64,000 nucleotides of DNA from Lama guanicoe (taxonomy: Eukaryota): NCBI GenBank assembly GCA_013239625.1, contig MU054187.1:25112433-25176432 (forward strand). The letters run 5' to 3'. Below, one piece after another: positions 13,010-25,919 of this stretch; positions within the stretch are counted from its first letter, which is position 1, and each line of letters begins with the position of its first letter. The translations under genes were made by a program, and so were the position numbers. A model generated the notes under the pieces. It searched no databases. It saw only the letters and a program-made list of their open reading frames with translations, and was not told the origin of the DNA.

Positions 13010-13655
13010 TTTAAAATAACTTCATTAAGATACAATTTAGATAACAAAAATCAGCCATATAAGTATAACAATTTAGTGGTTTTAGTATCTTTTTTTAAAC
13101 TTTTTTATTGAGTTATAGTCAGTTTACAATGTTGTGCCAAATTCCAGTGTAGAGCACAATTTTTCAGTTATACATGAAAACACATATATTCATTGTCACA
13201 TTTTTTTCTCTGTGTGCTACCATAAGATCTTGTATATATTTCCCTGTCCTATACAGTATAATCTTGTTTATCTAATCTACATTTTGAAATCCCAGTCTGT
13301 CCCTTCCCATCCCCACCCCCTTGGCAACCACAAGTTTTTATTCTATGTCTAGGAGTCTGTTTCTGTTTTGCATTTATGGTTTTCTGGGGGTTTTTGTTTG
13401 TTTGCTTGTTTGTTTGTTTTTAGATTCCACATATGAGCGATCTCATATGGTATTTTTCTTTCTCTTTCTGGCTTACTTCACTTAGAATGACATTCTCCAG
13501 GGACATCCATGTTGCTGCAAATGTCGTTATGTTGTCCTTTTTATGGCTGAATAGTATTCCATTGTATAAATAGTGGTTTTAGTATCTTCACTGAGTTATA
13601 CAACCACCACCATATTCATATCGTAAAACGTTTTCATCATGCTGGAGAGACACCC
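13010..13655 (-). mobile_element. Old L1 (L1MB/ME-like) 3' end, host of a younger L1
   Basis: aataacttcattaagatacaatt...tagtggttttagtatcttcactgagttatacaaccaccacc...ttttcatca reads continuously once 13092-13588 is removed. Confidence 0.7.
13092..13570 (-). mobile_element. Young 5'-truncated L1 (ORF2 end plus 3'UTR, camelid-like)
   Basis: Perfect 18-bp TSD tagtggttttagtatctt (13074-13091 / 13571-13588); highly similar to the reverse complement of 19516-19985. Confidence 0.95.
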
Positions 13656-13659
13656 TGGA

Positions 13660-16600
13660 ATAAGGAGTTTCCAGTCTGGACAGGAAGGTGTAAACCTATT
13701 ACTCCCTGATCTTCCCTGATAAGTATGATTATAAATCTTGAAAATATAACAGTAAGCAACCAAAGGAGAACTCTGAAAGGTGATAGAAGAATGAAAAACT
13801 GGTAGAAACCCTAGGACTTGCAGAACAACACAGCATCAGGGTGAATTATAGCTGCCACTATCACCTAGCTGAAAAGACTAACCCAACCTTGGTGTTTCCC
13901 ACCCCCTACATATCAATAGAAGGCAACCCAGAGATGCTCATTCTTCTTCCTGAATGGGATATTAGTCCCTCTGACAATATGAGGTGAGCCAAGCACCAGT
14001 GGCAGGCAGAAACAATGATCCTGCCAATAAAAAGGAGGCCAAGGGATGTACTTTCTTTCCCCATTTGACCTTAAAATGCTCCCTTTCTGAGAGATACTGA
14101 GATAGTATGGTAGCACCAACAAGAGGGACACTGCCACAAAAAGCAGCCTTACTTTGTGCCTCTGTGCACTGAAACTCCTCTTTCCTGCCGTGAGACACCT
14201 GGGATGACTGATGGGCACTCTAGCAAAATGAATACAGCCACAGCAAACAGCCATCCTGGGGAGCATCTTCACCTCCACAAGCCCAAGACTCTCTCTCTAT
14301 CCCCTCACATTTCCCCCTATTGAAAGACACCTGGTCACCTTGCTTAAAGAAACACATTTTACTCCCTCAGGTAACATTAGCAGGAAGCAATTGGAATAGT
14401 GACACTAGATAAGCCAAGTAGATCAAAAGGCCCTGAAAATTCAACTGTTATTTGAAACACAGCCAACAAAGTAGACCAGGATCTGCATGCTAAACCTAAA
14501 TGTGGCAAGTTCTTGCTACAATAAACAATTTAAATATAACCTAGAGCTCACTAATATTAATAGACAAAGTGTCTAGGGTGCAACTGAAAATCATCCATTA
14601 TATCAAGAATCAAATAAATCACAACTTGATGAGAAGAGATAATCAATGAATGTGAACACTTAGATTAATCACATGTTAGAATAATGCAACAAGGATTTTA
14701 AAGTAATTATGATAAAAAGTGGTTTAGCAATCAATTATAAATTCAACAAAGGAAAAAAATAGAGAATCTTGGCAAACAAGCAGGGGTATATAAAATAGCC
14801 AAACATAAATTATGGAACTAAAAAATACAATAACAGAAATTTGAAAACTCACTCACTGTATGGACTCAGTGATAGAACAGAAATACTAAAAAATAGAATA
14901 AGTGAACTTGAACAGATCAGTGGAATTTGCCCAATCTACAAGAGAGAGAATGTATACTTGAAGAGAAAAATAGAAACAGAGCCTTAGGGAAGGTTAAGAT
15001 GATAACCAAAGATCCAATATATACAAATATTGGAACTGGAATCTTTGAAAGAGAGGAGAGAGGGAATGGGACTGAAAGGAAATTTGAATAAATGATTGGT
15101 AAGAACTTCCCAAATTAGTGACAGAAACTCATAGACTTACAAAGCTGAGTGAATCATTAATAGGATAAACCCAAAGAAATCAACAACAATATGCATCATA
15201 ATTAAAATTCTGAAAATTAAATAAAAAATCTTGAAGGCATTCAGACATAACTGATATGTTACATATGTGAAAATACCAATTTGAATGACAGAGGATTTCT
15301 TATTTGAAATCATGGAGGCCAGAAGCAAGTGGCACAACATTTTTCATGTGCTGAAAGAAAAGAACTCCTAACTGCAAAGTCTGTATCCAGCAAAACTATT
15401 CTTCAGGAATAAAAAACAAAGACACTCTCAGACAAAGGAAAACTAAAATAATTTGTTACTAGAAGACATATCCTTAAAGCTTGGCCAAAGAAAGTTATAG
15501 AAACAGAAAGTAAATGATAAAAAGAAAGTAGCTTGATCATTGGGAAAGAAGGAAAAAAATAACAGAAAGAGCAGAACTACATTAGGGTAATCATTTTCCT
15601 AGTGAGCTTAATGAATCACGTTTGGTTACTGAAGAAAACGTATACTCAAGACAATGATATTTATAAGTGGAGAAGGTAAACAAACCTAAATGAAAATAGG
15701 ATTTCCACACTTCATTTGAAGTAATAAAAGTTTGGTTGATTGCAATTAACCCACTATTATGGGCTAAATTGTGTTGCCTCAAAATTTGTATGTTGACATC
15801 CTAATCCTGTTACCTCAGAATGTGACTGTACTTGGAGTTAGGGCCTCTTTAACGTTATCACCTTTTAAAAGTAATATCTCTTTAAAGGTAAATTAAGGTA
15901 AAATGGGGTCATATGTGTAGGCCCTATTCCAATATGACTGGTGTTCTTATAAGAAGAGAAGGTTAAAACACAGAGGAAAGACCATGTGAGGACACAGAGA
16001 GAAGGTAGCCACCTGCAATCCAAGGAGAGAGGCCTCCAGGCACTAAACCTAATGACTTCTTGATCTTGGACTTCTAGCCTCTAGAAACATGAGGAAATAA
16101 TTTTCTGTTTTTTAAGCCACCTCATCTACAGTATTTTGTTAAGACATCCCTAGCAAACTAACAGTCACATATGTATTTTGTAATACTTAGAACAACCACT
16201 AGAAAAACTGTATAGGGAGATACATTTAAACCCACTAAAAAACAAATACAATTCAAAAAAATTAATATTTATGAAGACAAGAAAAAAGAAACAATAATGA
16301 GACAGAAGAAAGAACAGATAATAACAGAAACCAATGAAATAAAAACAAATAAAAGCCAATAAGATAGCATATACTAGCATTAAATATTAAAAATTACTAT
16401 AAATGTAAATGGCCTAAATGCATTAACCAAAGGGCAGAGATTGATCAGCAGAATGGATAAGAAAAACATAACCCAACAATAAGCTGTTTATCAGAAAGTA
16501 ACTCCAAATTAAATAATACAGGTACATTGAAAGCAAAAGAATGAAAAAAGATACATCACACAAACATTTATTTGGAAAAAAAGATGCAATTGTATCAATA

Positions 16601-17545
16601 TAAGATAAAGTATATTTTAGAGCAGTGAAAACTATGAGACCAACAAATAATTAAATAATAATGAAATAATCCACCAGAAAGACATAATGATCTAAATGTG
16701 TATGTACCAAGTGATGGAGTGTTACAATTCATAAAGCAAAAACTGATAAATCAGGAAGGAGAAATAGATAAATCAACAGTTAAAACTGAGGTCTTCAACA
16801 TTTCTTTCTCAATAACAGATACAATTACTAGACAGGAGATCCACAAAGATAAAAAGGTCTGATCATAGCCAACTAATAGAGCAGGATCTAATTGATGTAT
16901 ATAGAACTCTTCACCCAACAATGACAAAATGCCCATGTTTTAATATACCCAGGGAACATTTACCAATGCAAATCATATTCTTAACCATATAAGAAACTTC
17001 AATAAATTTAAAATAATTGAAATCATACAGATTATGTTTTCTGAACATAATAGAATCAACCTAGAAATCAATGACAGAAAGATAACAGAAAAATCTCTCA
17101 ACACATGAAATTAAACAATGTACTTCTATATAATTGATAGGTCAAAGGGGAAGTGTGAAAGAAAATTTTAAAAAAATACATAGAACTGAATGAAAATGAA
17201 ATGGAACATACTGAAATGTGTAGGATGTAGCTAAAGCAGTACTGAAGGGAAATTAAGAGCACTAAATATTTGCATTAGAAATGAGGAAATGTCTAAAATC
17301 CATAATCGAAGTGTCTACCCAAAAGAATAGGATAGGTAAACTAAACTGAACCCAAAACAAACAAAAAGAAATAACAGAGATAAAAGCAAAAATCAGTGAA
17401 ATTGAAAATAGAAAAGCAATAGAGAGAACCAAAGAAAGAAAAGGTTGATTCTATGAAAAAAAAAATAATAAAGGCTCATCAACCTCCAGTACAATTAATA
17501 AAAATTTTGAAAATCACCAATATCAGGAATGAAATCAGATGTTAT
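13660..17545 (+). mobile_element. Ancient L1M 5' half: 5'UTR, decayed ORF1, inter-ORF, ORF2 endonuclease region
   Basis: ORF1 remnants (aagaacttcccaaatt, gaaatcatggaggccagaagcaagtggcacaac, tccagcaaaactattcttcagg) and ORF2 start (aattactataaatgtaaatggcctaaatg, tatcagaaag); many stops. Confidence 0.85.
15755..16163 (+). mobile_element. MaLR solo LTR, MLT1B-like, inserted in L1
   Basis: ttatgggctaaattgtg, tacctcagaatgtgactgtac, ccaaggagagaggcctc, ttgatcttggacttctagcctctaga, ccctagcaaactaaca. Confidence 0.9.
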
Positions 17546-17559
17546 ATTCTAGAAACATG

Positions 17560-17850
17560 TTTAAAAATTATGCTGCCATTCTCTGATTTTCTATTGAAGT
17601 GTTTAGTTCATTTATATTCAATATAATTACAAATAATGTAGGATCTATGTTGCAACTTTGATATCTATTTTTTATTTCTCATTTAACTTAATTCCTCTTA
17701 ATTCCTTCATTTAATGCTTTCTTTGGCATTAAATAGGTGTTTCCTAGTGTACCATTTTAATTGCCCAATTGTTCATTTTTACTAATTTTTTAGTTATTTT
17801 CTTAGTGGTAAAACTGGAAATTAGAATTCAGATTTTAAATTAAAACAATC
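17560..17850 (-). mobile_element. Old L1M inter-ORF/ORF2-start fragment, probable left part of the element at 20340-22100
   Basis: attgaagtgtttagttcatttatattcaatataattac is the reverse complement of an L1 ORF2 start. Confidence 0.65.
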
Positions 17851-17864
17851 TGCTTTGATTTTCT

Positions 17865-18243
17865 GATCAAGGTGGCAGAGTGGTAGGACAATGAGCTCAC
17901 CTCTCTTCACGACCACAGTGAAACCACATCTGACTGCTAAACAACCATTGAAACAAAAGACTGGAACCTAACAAAAAAGTTCTTCTTCAACTGGAAACAT
18001 AAAGAAGGAGCCATAGCAGGATGGTAGGAGGGGCGTGCTTGCAATATAATTGGGTCCCATACCCCTTGGTGGGCGACTCACAAGCTGAAGAATAATTAAG
18101 TCCTAGAGGCCCTCCCACAGGAGTGAGAGTTCTAAATCTCACATCAGGCTCCTCAGCCTGGGGTTCTGGCATTGGCAGGAGACCCAAGGACATCCAGTTT
18201 TAAAGGCCAGCGGGCCTTAGCTCCAGGAGCCACATGGAACTGA
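17865..18243 (+). mobile_element. L1 5'UTR (artiodactyl type), joined directly to an L1 3' end
   Basis: Starts caaggtggcagag (YY1-like caagatggc); tgagctcacctc, gactggaacc, tcacatcaggctcctcagcctgggg. Confidence 0.8.
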
Positions 18244-18632
18244 GGTAAGCCAGAAATAGAAAGCAAAATATCACATGATATCACTTATACATGGAATCCA
18301 AAGAAAAGGGCAAATGAACTAATTCACAAAACAGAAACAGACTCACAGACATAGAAAATAAGCTTATGATTACCAGGAGGATACAGGGTGGGAGGGGATA
18401 AATTGGGAGTTTGAGATTTGCATATACAAACTAATATATATAAAGTAGATAAATAATAAGCATATACTGTATAGTACAGGGAACTATATTCAATATTTTG
18501 TAGTAACTTATGGTGAATAAGAATATGAAAATGAATATATTATGTTCATGTATGACTGAAGCATTGTGCTGTACACCAGAGATAGACACAACATTGTAAA
18601 CTGACTATACTTCAATAAAAATATATATACAA
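18244..18632 (+). mobile_element. L1 ORF2 end plus 3'UTR
   Basis: gtaagccagaaa...atatcacttatacatggaatc...ctgactatacttcaataaaa; same 3'UTR type as 36905-37300 (-). Confidence 0.9.
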
Positions 18633-19984
18633 GAATATACAATGGAATAAAGACAGTCTCTTCAGCAAATGGTGTTGGGAAAACTGGACAGCAGCATGTA
18701 AAACAATGAAGCTAGAACACTCCCTTAACCATATACAAAAATCAACTCAAAATGGATTAAAGACTTAAACATAAGACAAGATACAATAAACCTCCTAGAG
18801 GAAAACATAGGCAAAACATTATCTGACATACATTTCAAAAATTTTCTCCTAAAAGAAATAAAAGCAAGAATAAACAAATGGGACCTAATGAAACTTACAA
18901 GCTTCTGGAGAGCAAAGGAAACCAGAAGTAAAACAAGAAGAAAAGCTACGGAATGGGAGAAAATTTTTGCAGGTGAAACCGACAAAGGCTTGATCTCCAG
19001 AATATATAAGCAGCTCATACGACTCAGTAAGAAAAAAATAAACAACCCAATCCAAAAATGGGCAGAAGACCTAAACAAGCAATTCTCCAAGGAAGACATA
19101 CAAATGATCAAAAAGCACATGAAAAAATGCTCAATATCACTAATTATCAGAGAAATGCAAATCAAAACTACAATGAGGTATCACCTCACACCAGTCAGAA
19201 TGGCCGTCATTCAAAAATCCACAAATGCCAAATGCTGGAGAGGCTGTGGAGAAAGGGGAACCCTCCTACACTGCTGGTGGGAATGCAGTTTGGTGCAGCC
19301 ACTATGGAAAACAGTGTGGAGATTCCTCAAAAGACTAGGAATAGACTTACCATATGACCCAGGAATCCCACTCCTGGGCTTGTACCCAGAAGGAAATCTA
19401 CTTCAGGATGACACCTGCACCCCAATGTTCATAGCAGCACTATTTACAATAGCCAAAACATGGAAACAGCCTAAATGTCCATCAACAGGTGACTGGATAA
19501 AGAAGATGTGGTATATTTATACAATGGAATACTACTCAGCCATAAAAACCGACAACATAATGCCATTTGCAGCAACATGGATGCTCCTAGAGAATGTCAT
19601 TCTAAGTGAAGTAAGCCAGAAAGAGAAAGAAAAATACCATATGAGATCGCTCATATGTGGAATCTAAAAAACAAAAACAAACAAACAAACAAAAACAAAG
19701 CATAAATACAGGACAGAAATAGACTCATGGACAGAGAATACAGACTTGTGGTTACCAGGGGGGTAGAGGGTGGGAAGGGATAGACTGGGATTTCAAAATT
19801 GTAGAATAGATAAACAAGATTACACTGTATAGCACAGGGAAATATACACAAAATGTTATGATAAATCACAGAGAAAAAAATGTGACAATGAGTGTGTATA
19901 TGTCCATGAATGACTGAAAAATTGTGCTGAACACTGGAATTTGACACAACATTGTAAAATGTTTATAAATCAATAAAAAATGTT
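18633..19984 (+). mobile_element. Young 5'-truncated L1 inserted in the A/TA tail of the previous L1
   Basis: ORF2 3' part plus complete 3'UTR; flanked by aaaatatatatacaa-like duplication (18617-18632 / 19985-20007, TA expanded on the right). Confidence 0.92.
18729..19667 (+). pseudogene. L1 ORF2p C-terminal remnant (stop-free ~313 codons) with CCHC zinc knuckle
   Basis: ORF 18888-19667 contains [18 protein letters not shown] and ends [20 protein letters not shown]. The frame extends upstream to a 1-nt frameshift near 18727. EN and RT domains absent. Confidence 0.9.
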
Positions 19985-20339
19985 AAAATATATATATATA
20001 TATACAAAAAAGGTTTATAGAAATTAGAAAAAAAAGAATCTAGGACAGGCACTGTGGGATATAAAATAAGGAACATTAAATAGTTTCTTCTTAAAAGGCT
20101 TATTGACATTTTGCCAATTTCAAAATATAATTTCTCTTCAAAAGATGAGAATTCATCATCATGAAGAGATATTTTTAAAAATGTGTTGCTGATTATAGAT
20201 ACAATTCTCTAACATTATTTTAATCAAAAATGAAGCAAGTAATCCTAATCCAACAGAAGCAAACCTGTCTATTTGGATGCCCAAACTATACAAATGTTTA
20301 TTTGAAATTAATTAAATGTTAATTTTAAACCTGTCAAAA

Positions 20340-22100
20340 AAAAAGATGTCTTGTTAATGATGAGTCAAATCCTTTGTCTTTTGTTGCTTTCTAGATTCTC
20401 TTTTTATTTCATTTTCCACAGTTTGACTATAATGTACTTAGGTATGTATCTCTTTGCATTTATCCTCTTTGGAGTCCACTAAGCTTGTTTGTTGTGTAAA
20501 TTAATGTTTTCATCAAATTTGGAGCATTTTTCCATTGTTTTTTCAAATAATCTGTCCATCTTTCTATCTAGCTCTGTTTGGGTGGTCTGTCTGTCTCTTT
20601 GCCCATTTATATGTAAGGTGCTTGATGGAGTTCTACAGGTCACTAAGGATTTGTTAAGTTTTTCCTTTATATTTTTTCTTATTCCTGAAACTTTAACTTG
20701 ACTGAACATCTTCAGATTTACTGATTCTTTCTTCTGCCATTTCAAATCTGCCTTTTAATTCATCTAGGAACTATTTCATTTGTTATTGTACTTTTCAACT
20801 CCAAAACTTCTATTTGATTTTTTTTGTTCTATTTTTCTATGACTATTTCTATTTCTTCATAGATGTGCCCTATTTAGTAATTCATCTTTTTCATACTTAA
20901 AAAAATCTTTAAACATGCTTTTCCTAGTTTTTAAACATATTTATAGTAGCTAATTTAAATAATTTGTCTAGTAAGTCCAGTGTTTTGGCTTCTTAAGGGA
21001 CAGTTTCTATTGACTATGTGTGTATGAATCATACTTTCTTGTTTCTTTGTGTCTCATAATTTTGGTTGAAAATTGGACATTTTAAATAAAACAATGTGAT
21101 AACCTTGGAAATCAAATTCCCTGTCCCTTTCCCCAGAGTTTTTGGTGGTGTTGTTTTTCTTATTGTTCTTGTTGATGTTGCTATTTGTTTGCATAATAGC
21201 TTCTTGGACTAATTCTGTAAAGTCTGTGTTCTTTGTCATGTTTGAAAACTGAATTTTTTGCTGACTTAGTGGTCATCTAATGTTTGGATGGAGAATCCTA
21301 AAATTCCTTGATGCAACGTGTCCTACGCCTTACTGAGAGGCTTTGTGTGTTTTGGGCCATACTTTCATCCTCTTGGCAAGCAGTTTCCAACTCTGCCTTA
21401 GTCTGCTTGCTGCTTGCACAGAGCCTTGAGGTCAATGAGAGATGAGAGGTTATGCATTCTTTATCTTACCTAGGCATGCTTACAGCCCTGCAAATGCACA
21501 TAGATTTCTATACTTCAAAAAGTGGTTCAGAACTTTTTAAAGCATCTCAAAATCTAATTTGCCAGTTTTTTCCTTTACAAGTTTGATTAACCACTTATTA
21601 GCCTCCATGGTATCACTGCCTCAGGCATCTGAAATGTTAAGCTGTTACAACTAATTATTTTTAGCAAATGCATTGGTAATAGGGCTGTTTATAGAGCAAG
21701 TTCTGGGTCTGGGTAAATAAAGAAAATCACTGAGAATGGAATTTTCTCAGACAAGCCCAATAGTGGAGATGGAATTCTGCAGGCATTCCAAACCTGTGTG
21801 CCCTCTCCAAGGTCTGCTAGGCTTCTGATTTTACAACAGTTATGGTTGAAAATCTGTTGATTTCCAGTTATAACAGAGCTGGGAGAAGGAGTTGAGAATA
21901 AGACAAGTTAAAACATCACAGAGATCATTGTTCTTACTGAGATTCAGCTTTTTTTCTCTTATAAATAGTCTCCAGATTATTGAAAGGCATTGGTTAAACT
22001 TCCAGAGTTCTAAAAAAATTTAGTTTGCTACTTGTTGCCAGCATTATTATTACTTTTTTGGAGTAGAATTTGGTGATTCTTATTTCACCATTATAGAAGA
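20340..22100 (-). mobile_element. Old L1M 5'UTR plus ORF1 region
   Basis: cagtttgactataatgtacttaggt, ttttcatcaaatttggagc, ttattgtacttttcaactcc (ORF1 antisense), then L1MB/MC-like 5' end. Confidence 0.75.
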
Positions 22101-22109
22101 GCTCCCTTA

Positions 22110-23220
22110 AATGAAAATCAGAAGAAAAAAAAATCAAGGAAGAAGCCAATGTATATACTTCCCCAAACAAACAAACAAACAAACAAACAAAAACAACAAA
22201 ATGAACAGACAAAAGCACCCCATCAGACTTGTGATGGAAGAAAATTTCCTCAACCATTTTAACTGCATCTACCAAAACCCCCAAAGCTGATATCTTACTT
22301 GTGAGTAATGCATTCTCCATAAGATGAGGAAAAAGACAAAAGTTTCTACTTCCACCTTTATTAATCACTGTAGTGGATTTCCTAGCCAGAGAAATGTAAT
22401 GTAAGAAGAATATAATGTAATGTAAGAAGAAATGTAAAAGAAACAAAATACATCAAGTTTAGAAATCAGGTAGTAAATCTACCTCTATTCAAAAATTACA
22501 TTATTTTCTAGAAAATCTTAAGGAATCCACTCAAAAGCTATTAGAACTAAAAAACAAGTTCAGAAAGGTTGCAACATAGGAGGTCAATCTACAAAAATCA
22601 ATTGTATTTCTATACCTCAGCAACTAAAATTTCAATTGTTCTGCAATTGAACTGTAATTAAGAAAATAATTATATTGTCATAGCATTTAAATTACTTAAC
22701 ATAAATTTAATAAAAGAAGATCAAAATTTGTACACTGAAAACCACAAAACATCATAGAAAGAAATTAAAGCATATATAAATAAATAAAAATACATTCCAT
22801 GGCCATGGATCACAAGACACTGTAGAGATCATCATTGTAAAGATTGGAATACTCTTCAAATTGATCTACAGATTCAACAAAATGCTCATGAAAATTTCAG
22901 CTGGTATTTTTTCAGAAACTGGAAAGTTGATAATAAAATGTATATGAAAATGCAAGGGATCCAGAATTGCCAAAACCAACTTAAAAAAAAAAAGAAGAAG
23001 AAAATTGGAGGATTCACACTCCTCAATTTTAAAATAGTACAAAGCTTTGATAATCAGATCAGGATAGTAATGGCATAAAAAGAAACATATAGATCAATGG
23101 AATACAGTTGAAAGTCCTGAAATAAGCCCTTGCAGCTATGGTAAATTAGTTTTCAAAGTGTTCCAAGACAAATCAATGAGAAAGGAATAGCCTTTTGAAC
23201 ACAAAATGCTGGGACCACTA
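22110..23220 (+). mobile_element. Old L1M ORF2 (RT and downstream), possible continuation of 13660-17545
   Basis: aaaatttcctcaac, ctattagaactaa, caaaaatcaattgtatttctatac, ttgatctacagattcaac, tagatcaatggaatacagttgaaagtcctgaaata. Confidence 0.75.
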
Positions 23221-23339
23221 TTAAAATGCCATTTTTGCAAAAGTTTACAAGCTGATTCTGAAAAGTTCATATGGAAATGTAAAAGACCTACTTTGCCAAA
23301 TTAGCTTAAAAGAGAAGATTAAGTTGGAGGACTTAAACT

Positions 23340-23850
23340 TTTTATTATTAATGTTTACATAGTATTCCATTATTTGAATGCACAATCCATATTAAAACAA
23401 ATGTTCAGTTATTGGCTATTCAGGGTGTATTTACTTTTTACATTTTGCATAATGTTGTAATAACATTTTACAAAGTTTTGAACACACCTTTGGTTAATAT
23501 CTTAGAATAATTTTTATGAATTAAATTACTGGAATAAAGGATGTGAATTACAGCTTTAGAGACATATTTTTAAATTGGCTTTCAGTATAGTTCTGAAAAT
23601 GTAATAACCGTACCAGCATGGCTATCTATTTTTTGGAATCTAAGACTAGACTAGAACACATTATATATTATAATGTTTCCTAAGAAGTAGCTCATTGTTG
23701 TGTGTTGTTTTCACTTTTATTAATATTTTGAGCAATAACAGTTTCTATTTATTTATTGACTATATTTATTTTTTGGAAAGTTTCATCACATTATTTACTC
23801 ACTTTTCTATTTGGGAACTCATCACAGTTAACAAAATATTATTGTTATTA
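23340..23850 (-). mobile_element. Degraded L1ME-type 3' region
   Basis: catagtattccattatttgaatg, aattactggaataaaggatgtgaa, tttactcacttttctatttgg. Confidence 0.45.
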
Positions 23851-23894
23851 AATTATTATAATTTAATTATAATAATGTATTTTGGGAGAATTTT

Positions 23895-24020
23895 CAAATG
23901 CATTCAGTTTGAAGAATAATAGACCTTATTTCATAAAGTTGAGAAGACAGTTAAAACATTTAAAGTCCTTAGTGCAGTGCCTGGCACTAGATAAGCCTTT
24001 AATTAAGGCAGCAACTCTTA
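23895..24020 (+). mobile_element. MIR 3' fragment
   Basis: atttaaagtccttagtgcagtgcctggcactagataagcc. Confidence 0.55.
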
Positions 24021-25919
24021 TTCTCATTACTGATATTCACATTAACCATCCTTCTCATGTGAAAAGCAGCCTCTCCAGATGGCATCTTTCTCATTAGGTG
24101 GAGCGGTGAGTTGCCAATGGCCCCATTTCTCCAACTATCTGGGTGCTAGTTGAAACCTTCAGACATACAATTGGAAGACTTGTTGTGGTAGTTCCCATCA
24201 AGCACTAGAAACGGAAGTCCTACCTAGTACAGCTTTGCATAACATAAGTGGGACTTTCTCCCGTTGAAGTCTGCTAGAATATATTGAAAAACAGTAAAAC
24301 AAATGAAAACAACCTGTTAGCAGAGGGCTCTTTCTCATGCTTAAATCACTGCAGTAATGGAATCTACAGCCCTGGGAGTGCAAAGTTCTAGTTACCTTCC
24401 TCTTCCTGTCTCATCCTTATATTTCTACCCCTCATTATTATAACATTATTCCCTTTCTCTCATTCTCTGTTTGACTGTATATTGAAGGTTGTTGGAAACA
24501 CTGCTGTGGAAAACCTAAAATATAACAAATGCCCAGTAAAGAAATGACAGCCTAGGTTTTTAGCCAGTAGAGTCTCCCAGTCTCCAAGCCAAAGAAGACA
24601 ATAAAGAATTTTTTTTTCATTTTTTAAAAATTAAAGTATAGTTGATGTACAATATTTGACAAGTTACAGGTATACTTAAAGTATATTTAAACTGTTTCCT
24701 ACTTTTTAAAAGATAATTGTTTCTTTTATTTTCATTTGAATTTGAATGGAAAGTTGTAAGAGACTGCATCAGAGCCTACTAAGGAGATGGTATTTTTAGA
24801 GTTATGTCAATGATTGATTTTTGTAATTCTCAAAATGCTAAGATATTACTGAGTGCTTTCATAAAGTAGGGCTCAATAAATATTCATTGAATTAGTGAAC
24901 AAATAACTGAATTTTCTCCTTTCCCTTCCTCTCTCTGTTCTGCTTCTCATTTCAAATAGTTGTCACACATCTAAATTATTTCATTTCTTGGAAAATATTT
25001 TCTCTCTGGAATTGTTTTTTCCATTGTGTTGGAACCACTAAACTTTCTCTAATACGCAGGGGAGCAGGAAATCATTGCTCAAATCTTTCATGTTCTACTC
25101 TGGAAGGAATACCAGATTGCTTTTGTAACATGGAAAATTTATGACTCTCTAGGACAGAAACGCAAATACTGTTTCATAAACTGTGGGTCACTGCATTGGT
25201 CAACCATTGCCCAATTTCTATGCCTCATATGCTAGAGTAGATTGCTTTCCTCCTTAGTGACCCGACTCTTTTCAGGCAGAATTGGTTATCTTTCATTGTA
25301 CCAGTGCTTGCCTTTTACAAATCATAAGCTTGTCTCTTACCCTCTACTGTGATTATTTTATAATCTTAACTGAAGTTGCTTGAGGAAATGAATTATATTC
25401 TATTCATTTTTCCAGCACTTACTATGAGACCTGGGAGTTGATGTGCAATAAATATTTTAAAATTAATGTATGAGCTAATAGATAAACTGCTCTAACATAC
25501 TGAAAGCTTTTTCATGGCCATTGCTGACTCTTGGTGGCCCAGGCCCTTTAGCCATACTTCTTTTATCTGAGCTGACTTTCTCTTTCTTCACAGCTGTGAT
25601 TACCTTCTAGAAGTCCTCAGGGTCAAGTTTAGACTATAGTAGAACATTGGCAAAATCTACTTCAGGACTTACATAGTAGGGAAGAAAGCTAGACCTCGGA
25701 GGATTTGCTGACATAGCTTAGAGGATAAGTTATAAAAGTCCTACTACCTGATGAAAACAAGCAAACACTAGAGTTTCTGGGAAATTGTTGCAGACAGTAA
25801 GGACTGGCAACCACTTGGTTATTCAAGTAAAACATGAGGCAAATAACAAGATCCAAGTCAATCCCAAGATTACAACTCTGCAGTGGTTCTCCAGTACTAT
25901 GGTATAATGTTCAAATTGA

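Noticed and set aside
12700..13014. Lys/Arg-rich ORF and its Phe/Ser-rich antisense ORF
   Set aside because: Products of the (GAAAA)n repeat
18888..19667. 259-aa ORF as a host zinc-finger or domesticated gene
   Set aside because: It is the standard L1 ORF2p C-terminus in a young 5'-truncated copy; an open frame is expected from its age
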